DNA of 64,000 nucleotides from an uncultured archaeon (GTDB lineage Archaea; Asgardarchaeota; Lokiarchaeia; Sigyniarchaeales; SOKP01). Shown here piece after piece: positions 11,028 through 20,129 of the stretch; within the stretch, counting starts at the first letter, position 1, and each line of letters opens with the position of its first letter. The notes beneath the pieces are model-generated. The model was not told the origin of the DNA and searched no databases. It saw only the letters and a list, made by a program, of their open reading frames with translations. The stretch is from assembly GCA_964486045.1 (NCBI GenBank), contig CAZALK010000022.1, positions 1 to 64,000 of the forward strand, given 5' to 3'. Both the position numbers and the translations under genes were made by a program.

Positions 11028-12233
11028 TTAAAAAAGATGCAATTTAACATCACATATTTTACAATGACCTTCCGGAAGTTTCTTAAAACAATCTTCATGG
11101 TAAAGAATATTACATTCAAGATTACCACATTGAACTGCTTTTTGCCCCTTCTCAAATATATATTCACAAACTGGGCAAGAATTAAAAAGGGTATCTTCTC
11201 CAAGATATGCTACATCTTCAATAAATTTGGCGGGGAAAATTTCAGGTTTTTTCGCTTGGTCTTCTTTAGTACTTCGTGAGAGAATCCGTAACTTCTGTAT
11301 TTGAGTAACTTCAGTCGGAATTTTTAACAGGTAGAAGCAGTGTGGGCATCTTGCGGTTCCTGACCTTTTTACAACATGATCTTTTTGAGAATCTGCCCAT
11401 GCTGCTAAACAATGTATATGAAATGGAGTAGTACAATTGGGACAGTAACGACCCGTCACATAGAAAGTTCCTTTTGTGTAAGGGTTTGCATCAGAAAAGC
11501 AGATTGAACATTTTTTATAATCACCTTCCCCTCTCATTTGTTTTACACGTAGTTCTTTCTCCTTTGATAGATCTTGAACCCTCAACAATTCGGCAGCGAT
11601 TTTCCTGAGAAATGCTGGATTTTCACTTATCTTCTCTTTACTTGAACCATATCTTTTATAATTATCATCTGCAATTTCAAGAGCAGATCTTGATAAACTC
11701 TCAGAATCATTAGTGTAAAAATATCTACCACCAGTTAAATCACTTAATCTTTTTAAGATGTTCGTTTGACCAATATCTCCTACTAAAAATGTGTCAATTT
11801 TTATGTTTAATCCTTGTGCGAGTCTTGCCATTTTTAAAGGATCAACCGATGTATTCATGATTTTTCCATCAGAGATTAAGAGAATTCTTGGAGGCTTCGC
11901 ACCTATTTTTCGTAACTCTGCAATGACGGTTTTTATTGCTAGTGCCAAACCATCACCTAATGCAGAATACCCTCCACATGTCAATGATTCCAATGCGTTG
12001 TTAAGATTAGTGATATAGCTTGATGTAGTAAAATCTATAACTTTTTCTGCAGTATTAGAAAATTTAATCACCGCAAATGTACTTAAACCATCAATACTAA
12101 ACCGTTTACTAATTAATTCTTTAACTGCATTTATGCAACTGATTAATCGATTCGGTCTGAAATCTTTCCTATACATCGATCTAGATGTGTCTAAACAAAC
12201 CACTATATTTTCAGGGACTCGTTGCTCAGTCAT
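11028..12233 (-). CDS. VWA domain protein with two C-terminal RING/Zn-finger domains
   Basis: MIDAS DTSRS plus SDG, followed by CSIC..CPNC..HIHC..CPHC and CPVC..CGNLEC..HEDC..CKIC. Confidence 0.85.
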   Translation of the reverse strand: MTEQRVPENIVVCLDTSRSMYRKDFRPNRLISCINAVKELISKRFSIDGLSTFAVIKFSNTAEKVIDFTTSSYITNLNNALESLTCGGYSALGDGLALAIKTVIAELRKIGAKPPRILLISDGKIMNTSVDPLKMARLAQGLNIKIDTFLVGDIGQTNILKRLSDLTGGRYFYTNDSESLSRSALEIADDNYKRYGSSKEKISENPAFLRKIAAELLRVQDLSKEKELRVKQMRGEGDYKKCSICFSDANPYTKGTFYVTGRYCPNCTTPFHIHCLAAWADSQKDHVVKRSGTARCPHCFYLLKIPTEVTQIQKLRILSRSTKEDQAKKPEIFPAKFIEDVAYLGEDTLFNSCPVCEYIFEKGQKAVQCGNLECNILYHEDCFKKLPEGHCKICDVKLHLF

Positions 12234-12427
12234 TTTATAATTGATATTCTAAGAATTTATTTATGAAAATTTAACTACTGTGCTTTACCAATTACTCAAT
12301 TTTTAAACAGTAACAAATTATTAGTCTTACAACTTTAATAATAATAATAAAATTTAATAGTATCTTATTTAACTATTAAAAGTAAGAAGAAAAGTAAAAA
12401 GATAAATTTAAACCAATCTGATGCGGA

Positions 12428-13636
12428 ATGTCAGATCATAATAGCAAAAGTGTTATATTAAAAGATTTTTTTAAAAGGAATGTTCTTATTAGTGAACTTG
12501 AGGATATTTTGAGGTTTAAACCAGAAGCCTTAATCGGAGTAGATAAAGTTAGTTCAGAACAATTAGTTGCTAATGGTATTAACTCGGTTGCAGATTTGGC
12601 AAATATGTCTGTTGCAAATCTTCCTGAAATAAGAGATATACTCCCCTCGATGTTTCAAAAATGGGTTAAAATTGCTCAAGTAATTCAAAAAAATGTTAAA
12701 GAACAACTTAAAAGACACAAAAAAATATTACTTACTGGACTTGATAATGGGGGTAAAACATCTATTCTTGCCGTACTTCAAGATAAATTCTCTATAATTA
12801 AATCTCTTTTACCAACAAGAGGGGTTAAAAGAGAAAAATTAGATTTCTTCGGATTCCCCATAATAAGCTGGGACCTTGGTGGTCAAGTCCAATACAGAGA
12901 GAAGCTTTATTTCAATAGACCCGAATTATTTTTCACCGAAGCAGATATAATGTTGTATGTTGTCGATTCACAAGATCCAGACAGATTCCCAGAATCAGCA
13001 AACTTTTTTAGAGAAGTGTTGAAGACATTAGCAGAATTAAAGGAAAATCCCGCTATTCTTATCGTTCTTAGTAAAAGCGATCAAGACATACGTAAATCAC
13101 TCCAATGGCAACAAAGCGTAACTTCGGTTAAGACCAAATTTAATAATATCGCTAAAGAATTCGACCAATTCAATATTGATTTTTGCGATACAACTATATT
13201 CCAAAGCTATTCCATAATGCAAATGTTTAGTTTGGCCTTAAAAAAAGTTTCTGATACTTCTGAGATAATAGAAAATATCTTGGAAGATTTCACATCTCAA
13301 ATAGAGGGAAAAGCTGCAAGCCTTGTATCTATGGATGGTTTGATATTTGGAAGTTATACTAATACTGATACAGATGAGATGTTAGTAAATAATACAGCTT
13401 TATTATTACAAACTCTCTCTAATTTTTACAACTCTGTAGGGTTGATACGTGAAAAATCAATAAGTCTTGAATTACCTCTGAATGGTTTTACAATATGTGG
13501 TGAAAAGCTATTTGAGTATTCTGATCTTCAAATCCCTGTATATCTATGGACTCTTGTTGAAAATCCAGAAAAGTTAGAAGGAAAATTAGATTATTTCAAG
13601 GAGCAATTACTACCGTTGATCAATTTATTCCTTTAA
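12428..13636 (+). CDS. Arf-like small GTPase with N-terminal HhH-like and C-terminal roadblock-like domains
   Basis: G1 GLDNGGKT, G2 PTRG, G3 WDLGGQ, G4 SKSD. C-terminal AASLVSMDGLIFGS resembles roadblock domains. Confidence 0.85.
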   Translation: MSDHNSKSVILKDFFKRNVLISELEDILRFKPEALIGVDKVSSEQLVANGINSVADLANMSVANLPEIRDILPSMFQKWVKIAQVIQKNVKEQLKRHKKILLTGLDNGGKTSILAVLQDKFSIIKSLLPTRGVKREKLDFFGFPIISWDLGGQVQYREKLYFNRPELFFTEADIMLYVVDSQDPDRFPESANFFREVLKTLAELKENPAILIVLSKSDQDIRKSLQWQQSVTSVKTKFNNIAKEFDQFNIDFCDTTIFQSYSIMQMFSLALKKVSDTSEIIENILEDFTSQIEGKAASLVSMDGLIFGSYTNTDTDEMLVNNTALLLQTLSNFYNSVGLIREKSISLELPLNGFTICGEKLFEYSDLQIPVYLWTLVENPEKLEGKLDYFKEQLLPLINLFL

Positions 13637-13690
13637 ATTCATTATTTGAAGAAAGTTAAATTTTTCTTTTCTCCTTATTTTAACAATTGA

Positions 13691-14341
13691 TTAATTTTTC
13701 AGCAGAACAAAGATATTTACTTTATTTCCTGAAATTAGTTCAATTTTTATATTACTTCCCTTAAGATAATCTTCGGGGTTAATAAGATCAATTTTGTATC
13801 CATATTTTTTATAATCTTCTTCAATCTGTTTCTTGGTCCATTCCATTACAAATATAATTCCTCGTGGTTTAAGAACCCTTATACATTCCTTAAGTGCAAG
13901 TTCTTTATTTTGGATATGTTGAAGAGAATCATACAAAAATATACCATCAAAAGAATCATCCTCAAAAGATAAATCTTGGGCATCGAGATATTGATATTTA
14001 ATCTTACTGAATACCCCCAGTGATTTTGCAGATTCTTTCCAATCTCCCCAAATCTTATATTCATGATTTTCATGATGTTGGTAATCATGTTGTGCCTGAG
14101 ACTCAACAAACATTTGCTTATGATCATCGTCCCTGTTGCCTTTATCAATATCCAATGCTGGTTCACCTGTAAGTACATCGAATCCATTTAAAGCTAGTAA
14201 GGTAGACATGGCACCAATGCCCGCACCAATGTCTAAAATTTTACTATCCTTTTCTAAATTAAGTTTCTTAATGTTTTCATCCAAAAATTCAGCACTTTCA
14301 GCGAATTCACCAAAAATTTGCTTAAATTTTTCTAAACTCAT
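13691..14341 (-). CDS. class I SAM-dependent methyltransferase
   Basis: ILDIGAGIG motif I, DAQDLSFEDDSFD, RVLKPRG. Confidence 0.9.
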   Translation of the reverse strand: MSLEKFKQIFGEFAESAEFLDENIKKLNLEKDSKILDIGAGIGAMSTLLALNGFDVLTGEPALDIDKGNRDDDHKQMFVESQAQHDYQHHENHEYKIWGDWKESAKSLGVFSKIKYQYLDAQDLSFEDDSFDGIFLYDSLQHIQNKELALKECIRVLKPRGIIFVMEWTKKQIEEDYKKYGYKIDLINPEDYLKGSNIKIELISGNKVNIFVLLKN

Positions 14342-14410
14342 TAATTTTCAACTCTTTCTTATAGAAATATTTGATCTTTGATTATTTTTTAATTTTACCT
14401 CAGAGAGAAA

Positions 14411-14632
14411 TCAGAGTTTATCTTGAGCAGCCAATAAATACTCATTGCATTTGTTTAACATTTCTATCGCTTTATCTAAATTTTGGGCTACTTCCCCTAA
14501 TCCTTTTTCTTTCGCTACATCTCTCCATTTTGCATAACTCTCTTGATGCGAAATATTATGAATAGCCCAATGCTCGCAATATTTTGATAACTTTAAAATA
14601 TATTTATCTTGCTTATCCAAACTTTCCCACAA
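14411..14632 (-). CDS. small His-rich helical protein (HWxxHNxxH), putative metal-binding
   Basis: EHWAIHNISHQESY motif. Confidence 0.6.
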   Translation of the reverse strand: MWESLDKQDKYILKLSKYCEHWAIHNISHQESYAKWRDVAKEKGLGEVAQNLDKAIEMLNKCNEYLLAAQDKL

Positions 14633-15011
14633 CCATAATTTTAATCAGATCCTATTTTGAGAGTTTTCTCTAATACATTAATTTTTGGTTTTTCTTTTTA
14701 ATTAAGTTTAAATAACCAGAGATTATTATTGAATTACCCACACTAAATCAGAGTTCAATCAAAATGCATGAAATAGAAGATTATAGTGTAGAATCAAAAG
14801 ATTGTATGAAAAATTTCACCTATAAATGTAAAAAAAAACTTCTTGAAGATCATTCAAACCTTATACCGAAGCAAAGTAAACTGAAATGTAGTTATATCGT
14901 TCTTAAGTTTCTGTATTTTTAAATTATAAATTTAAAAATTAAAAGTAATACAATGTATGTCTTTTATGACTTTAGTGATTAGCAAAGGAAAAGTGGAAAA
15001 ATTTTATTAAA

Positions 15012-16166
15012 ATGAATCGAGAAAATTTTCGTAAAAATTTAGAATCGGAATCTTTGTTAATTCCTCTTTTAGATGCATTTCCTTTTTACGCTTTTTTACT
15101 TGATGAAAACCATCGAGTATTATTTGCAAACAATAAATTATTAAATGATCTTAATCTGGAAGAGAAAGAAGTTATAGGAAATTTTTGTCATGGATTTATT
15201 CATAATACAATTCTCCCTGTCGATGTATGTCCATTAGAAGAATCTATTAAAACAGATAGACCTGTAGAAAAAAAATTTTTTGATAAAAATTTAAATAAAT
15301 GGATTCTATCAACAATATTTCCAATAATGAGGAAAGATGAAAAGGATAAAGCTCTTTTCCTCCATTTAATTCAGGAAGTCACTCAAATTTATGATACCGA
15401 AGAAACTACTTTGGAATATAAAGAAGATCTAAGAGAATTAACCTCTGCTAACAAGGAAATAATATTAAGAGTATCGCACGAGTTAAAAACTCCAATAGCG
15501 TCAATGGCACTTGCATTACAAATGATTTTAGATCACTATAAGGACCAGTTAAACAGCGATGTTGTTAATCTTATTGAAATAATACAAAGGGGAGAAAGAA
15601 GGTTAAAAAGCCTAATAGACAATGTTATAGATGTTTCAAAAGTAGAATTAGGAAAGATTAAATTATTCCCTTCACAAGAAAATCTAATAGATATTATTGA
15701 TGATTGTATAGAATTGATCAACCACATGGCTGATAAGCGCCAGATCTCAATAATTAAAAGCCTTCCTGATACTTTTTATCTTAATTTTGATAAGCTAAGA
15801 TTAGAACAAGTAATCCTGAATTTACTTTCGAATGCCATAAAATATACACCTCCTTCTGGGAAAATTTTTGTTACTTTAAATGAAAACGATGATTACGTTG
15901 ATCTCTCTATAGAAGATACAGGTATTGGATTAACAGGAGAAGAACAAGAACATATCTTTAGGAAATTTGGAAAGATTGATAGAGATAATCTTAAGCATAA
16001 CCTAATAAATGAAGGCACTGGTTTAGGCTTGTACATATCCAAAGAATTAGTTAAATTACATAATTTTAGTCTTAGTGTGAATTCTGAGGGTCGAAATAAA
16101 GGATCAACATTTACATTAAGGATGCAAAAAGATAAAATTAAGAAATTTTCAGAAAAAGTAGTCTGA
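15012..16166 (+). CDS. PAS-domain sensor histidine kinase
   Basis: PAS N-terminus, H-box SHELKTP, NLLSNAIKY, DTGIG, GTGLGL. Confidence 0.92.
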   Translation: MNRENFRKNLESESLLIPLLDAFPFYAFLLDENHRVLFANNKLLNDLNLEEKEVIGNFCHGFIHNTILPVDVCPLEESIKTDRPVEKKFFDKNLNKWILSTIFPIMRKDEKDKALFLHLIQEVTQIYDTEETTLEYKEDLRELTSANKEIILRVSHELKTPIASMALALQMILDHYKDQLNSDVVNLIEIIQRGERRLKSLIDNVIDVSKVELGKIKLFPSQENLIDIIDDCIELINHMADKRQISIIKSLPDTFYLNFDKLRLEQVILNLLSNAIKYTPPSGKIFVTLNENDDYVDLSIEDTGIGLTGEEQEHIFRKFGKIDRDNLKHNLINEGTGLGLYISKELVKLHNFSLSVNSEGRNKGSTFTLRMQKDKIKKFSEKVV

Positions 16167-16168
16167 CG

Positions 16169-16879
16169 CTAAATGAATCGAATAATTTTTAGGTAGTTGC
16201 GAAAAATATTTTTCCCTCTTTCAATATAGGCTTTCTTAATTTGGTTAAAGTCTGTTAATAATTGATTTGAATCGATATCCTTAAGTTCAGCCGCATTAGA
16301 TATCCATTCCAATAACATCTCATCTGTTAATTCAAAATGAAATTGAAAACCATAATTATATTTTCCTCCTTTAATTATTTGATTCTTACAAAATTCCCCA
16401 GTTCCTAAAAGGTTGATTCTTTCATTTAATTCAACAGTCTCTCCATGTAATTGAAATACTATAAAATTATCTTGAACGTTATTAAAAATAGGATCCGATT
16501 TTCCACCATCCGTTAATTTAATTTTGAACCATTTCTCATTAAATTTAAATCCAATTTCTTCTGTTGGATTTTTATAAATGTCCCCATCATAGGCTTTAAC
16601 TAAAAGTTGTAACCCAAGACAAACTCCAAACACATGAATATTCTCCTTTAATGCGAGTTTGATGAAATCCAATTCTCTTAAAATCTTTTCTGATTTGTCG
16701 TTTGCACTATCTGGACCTCCTAGAATAATTATTAGGTTATAAATTTCTATTTCGGGAAATTCTGTCCGCTGTGAGATATCGATAACGTCAAAGTTTATTT
16801 CATATTGGTTTAATATTTCAGAAATTAATCCTGGATTCTCGTGTACTATGTTTTTAATTATTAGGACATTTTTTTTCAT
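16169..16879 (-). CDS. type 1 glutamine amidotransferase
   Basis: LGGP, GVCLGLQ, QFHFE catalytic triad. Confidence 0.9.
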   Translation of the reverse strand: MKKNVLIIKNIVHENPGLISEILNQYEINFDVIDISQRTEFPEIEIYNLIIILGGPDSANDKSEKILRELDFIKLALKENIHVFGVCLGLQLLVKAYDGDIYKNPTEEIGFKFNEKWFKIKLTDGGKSDPIFNNVQDNFIVFQLHGETVELNERINLLGTGEFCKNQIIKGGKYNYGFQFHFELTDEMLLEWISNAAELKDIDSNQLLTDFNQIKKAYIERGKNIFRNYLKIIRFI

Positions 16880-17134
16880 GTAGTTTCTTAAAATTAAACC
16901 ATTTAAAATTTTTTTTCTTTTATCGTATAAATTATCTATAATTTTACCTTGGATCTAAGCACAGTTTTCACGTTCTTACAATTAATCCTAAAACTTTGGG
17001 ATTTTTGTGTTATCTAAATACATGGGTTCTCAATTATGTTTTTTATTAAATATAATCTAAAAAGTTAAAATATTAATATTCATCTTGGATTTTAATCAAA
17101 TTAAAATTTAATAATTAAGAGAGATGAAAAGATT

Positions 17135-17662
17135 ATGAAAAATCGAATAAATATTGAAGTTTTTAAGGAAACAATCGAAAAAGGTAAACAGGACAGGTCT
17201 AGCTATTTAAAAACTTTAGCAATTGAAGGTACATGGAGATTGGATGCTGATAGTGGTCCACAATTTGAAACGAAATTAAAAACAGAAAATGCGGGTGAAG
17301 TTCTTGTTCAGTCAGATGAAACTATTATTTTAGGTGGTGGCGGAACAGCCCCGAATCCTGTCCAATATTGTATTGGAGGATTATTAGCATGTTATTCTGC
17401 CACTTATGTGAAACTTGTTTCAATGGAAGACATTACGCTAAAAAGCTTTAAAATTAGAGGTACAGCGGACATGGATTTATCAGCAGCCTTAGGACTTACT
17501 GAGAATCCCCCTATAAGTAATTTAAAGATTGAATTAGAGATAGAAAGTGAGGAATCACTAGAAAAACTCATAGAAATTAATGAATTAGCTAAAAAACGGT
17601 GTCCTGCTTATTATTGCCTTACTCATGGGATTATCCCCCAAATTGATATAAAACAAAATTAA
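17135..17662 (+). CDS. OsmC family protein
   Basis: LGGGGTAPNPVQYCIGGLLAC ... RCP. Confidence 0.85.
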   Translation: MKNRINIEVFKETIEKGKQDRSSYLKTLAIEGTWRLDADSGPQFETKLKTENAGEVLVQSDETIILGGGGTAPNPVQYCIGGLLACYSATYVKLVSMEDITLKSFKIRGTADMDLSAALGLTENPPISNLKIELEIESEESLEKLIEINELAKKRCPAYYCLTHGIIPQIDIKQN

Positions 17663-17750
17663 TGCTTGAAGAAAGGCAAAAGATATGACAAGAATCTAAA
17701 ATGGAATATATGTTGATGAATTAATCTAAAACAAGACGAAATGAAGAAGC

Positions 17751-18998
17751 ATGGGATTTAATATTTTATTAGTGAACCCAAATAGATTTAAGGATCCTCC
17801 TGTGATTCCCATTGGTTTGGAATATGTTGCGGATGCACTCGAGAAAGCTAATCATCATGTAGATATATTAGACTTATGTTTCTCTGAATCTCCAGAAGAT
17901 GAATTAACAAGTATACTATTTGAAAATTCATACAACCTCGTAGGTTTTTCAATCCGGAATATTGACTCATTAGATTATTTTAACAACGAGTATTTTTTAC
18001 CCTCTATTAAACAATTAGTCCAATGCGTTAAAAAATCCAATATCCCTGTTATTCCAGGTGGTTCAGGATTTTCTGCTATGCCTTATGAAATATTAGACTT
18101 TCTTGATGCTGATTATGGGATTACTGGTCCAGGAGAAATTATATTCCCGCGTTTTTTAAAATTACTACAATCCCAAAAACTAACTCAGAACATTTATAAT
18201 GGTTGGGAGTATGGATCTGATAGTGAATTAATTCATTTGCGGGGTCACAAATTCAATTATACTAAATATTCAGCCGTAAATGAAATTATTGGTTTTGAAA
18301 CTCAAAAAGGTTGTGTAAATCAATGTCCGTTTTGTATTAAGGCGGGTACTCAAACATGGTACAAAAAAATTCCCAATATTATAAAAGAATTAAGATATCT
18401 AGTAGACCAGGGTTATACGCACTTTCGATGTTGTGATAGTGAGTTTAACTCTGATTTAGACTTCTCGATTGAGTTTTGTAGGGCATTAATTAATGCGAAT
18501 CTTCACTTGAAATGGTACCTATTTATGAAGCCTCGCCCTTATAACGAAGAGTTATTTAGACTACTTCATGAAACCAACGCCTATAATGTATCTCTTAATA
18601 TTGTAAGTGACAAAAGAATTCAAGAATTAAATGATTATACTCTCAATAATATAGAGGAAATTATTGAATATTGCGAAAAATACAAGATAGAATTATCTTT
18701 TAATTTGTTTGTTGGATATCCGAATGAATCGCTTGATTCTATTAAAAACATGATCAATTTTTTTAAAACTCATCGTCCTACAGAAGTAACTATTGACTCT
18801 TTTTATCGAGTATATGGCTATACCGTATTAGCAGACTTAATTAAAAGTGATGCTTCCTTACAAAGATCTTTGATAAAACCTTATTCAGAAGGATTAGGTT
18901 TTTTAGAACCAGTTTTTTATAATTCCATTAATGTGGATGTGCAAAGAAAATTAATTTCTGATGATAAATTGTTTAATATTGCTTGGCTTGATTCATAA
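17751..18998 (+). CDS. B12-binding domain radical SAM protein
   Basis: SIRNID, GGSGFS, GPGE, GCVNQCPFC. Confidence 0.85.
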   Translation: MGFNILLVNPNRFKDPPVIPIGLEYVADALEKANHHVDILDLCFSESPEDELTSILFENSYNLVGFSIRNIDSLDYFNNEYFLPSIKQLVQCVKKSNIPVIPGGSGFSAMPYEILDFLDADYGITGPGEIIFPRFLKLLQSQKLTQNIYNGWEYGSDSELIHLRGHKFNYTKYSAVNEIIGFETQKGCVNQCPFCIKAGTQTWYKKIPNIIKELRYLVDQGYTHFRCCDSEFNSDLDFSIEFCRALINANLHLKWYLFMKPRPYNEELFRLLHETNAYNVSLNIVSDKRIQELNDYTLNNIEEIIEYCEKYKIELSFNLFVGYPNESLDSIKNMINFFKTHRPTEVTIDSFYRVYGYTVLADLIKSDASLQRSLIKPYSEGLGFLEPVFYNSINVDVQRKLISDDKLFNIAWLDS

Positions 18999-19080
18999 GT
19001 TGATTATTAACTAAGTTAATCAACGTAAGAATAGGATTTAAAAAATAGAAGAAAAATAAATTTGAGATGATTAAAAAGAT

Positions 19081-20079
19081 ATGATAGGTCAAATTGAAAG
19101 TGGTAATATAAAAATAAGAATCCTTGCAAATAATTCAACAAGTATAACATTACAAACCGACAAGAAATTCCAAGGTAAGGTTATTCAACCTCAATTCGAT
19201 GCTGTTAGGACAGTTGGTGAACATGGTTTAGGAATGAGTATAACCGTACTTGATAATGAGAAATCTCATCTTTTTTTGTTTGATACTGGGAGCATAAAAC
19301 AGTCAATTGTAGGCAATATTGAAGCATTGGGTGTAAAATATGATGAAATAGAAAAAATTATATTAAGTCATGGGCACTTTGATCATTTTGGTGGTCTTAC
19401 AGCAATAATTCCTAAATTGAATGAAGGGTCAAAGATTTATTTAAATAGTGCCTGTTTTGATCAATATCATCTCATATCTAGTACGATCGGTGAAAAGATA
19501 CCGATTGATGAATTAGGACCTAACTTAGAACGGTTAGTAAAAGAGGGAAAGATTAAACATAGAAAATTAGAATTGCTTGATAGAAATATTATATATAATC
19601 TTGCTAATCAGAATAACGTAGAAATTATCGAGACCTCAGAACCAATGAAATTATACGAAGGAATGATTATCAGCGGGGAAATTGAAATAGTTGATAAGGA
19701 TGAGGTGTCTCAGGATTTTTATTCAGAAAAAAGCCCTAAAAAATTTGAAGAACATAGCTTTAGAGACGAGATTTCATTATATATCAACATTAAAAATAAA
19801 GGATTAGTTATATTGACGGGTTGTGGCCATGTTGGGATAATTAATACGATAAAACATGCCCAAAAGATTACAGGAATTGACGCGGTGTATGCCATTATCG
19901 GGGGCTTTCATAAAGAGAACCAGAGCTTAGAAGCGATTAAATCAGCATATGGATTTATAGAACGTTTAGAACCTAAAATAACTTGTGGAGTACACTGTAC
20001 TGGTTTTGAATTTAACAGATTTATGCGTAACCATGCTTCACATACTTTGGGTGTTGTAGGAACAGAATTTCGATTATGA
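19081..20079 (+). CDS. MBL-fold metallo-hydrolase
   Basis: EHGL, FDTG, SHGHFDHFGG, TGCGH, GGFH, HCTG. Confidence 0.9.
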   Translation: MIGQIESGNIKIRILANNSTSITLQTDKKFQGKVIQPQFDAVRTVGEHGLGMSITVLDNEKSHLFLFDTGSIKQSIVGNIEALGVKYDEIEKIILSHGHFDHFGGLTAIIPKLNEGSKIYLNSACFDQYHLISSTIGEKIPIDELGPNLERLVKEGKIKHRKLELLDRNIIYNLANQNNVEIIETSEPMKLYEGMIISGEIEIVDKDEVSQDFYSEKSPKKFEEHSFRDEISLYINIKNKGLVILTGCGHVGIINTIKHAQKITGIDAVYAIIGGFHKENQSLEAIKSAYGFIERLEPKITCGVHCTGFEFNRFMRNHASHTLGVVGTEFRL

Positions 20080-20129
20080 AATTGCACCAGAAAAACGAAG
20101 AGATAATATAAAATACAAGATATTTTGAT

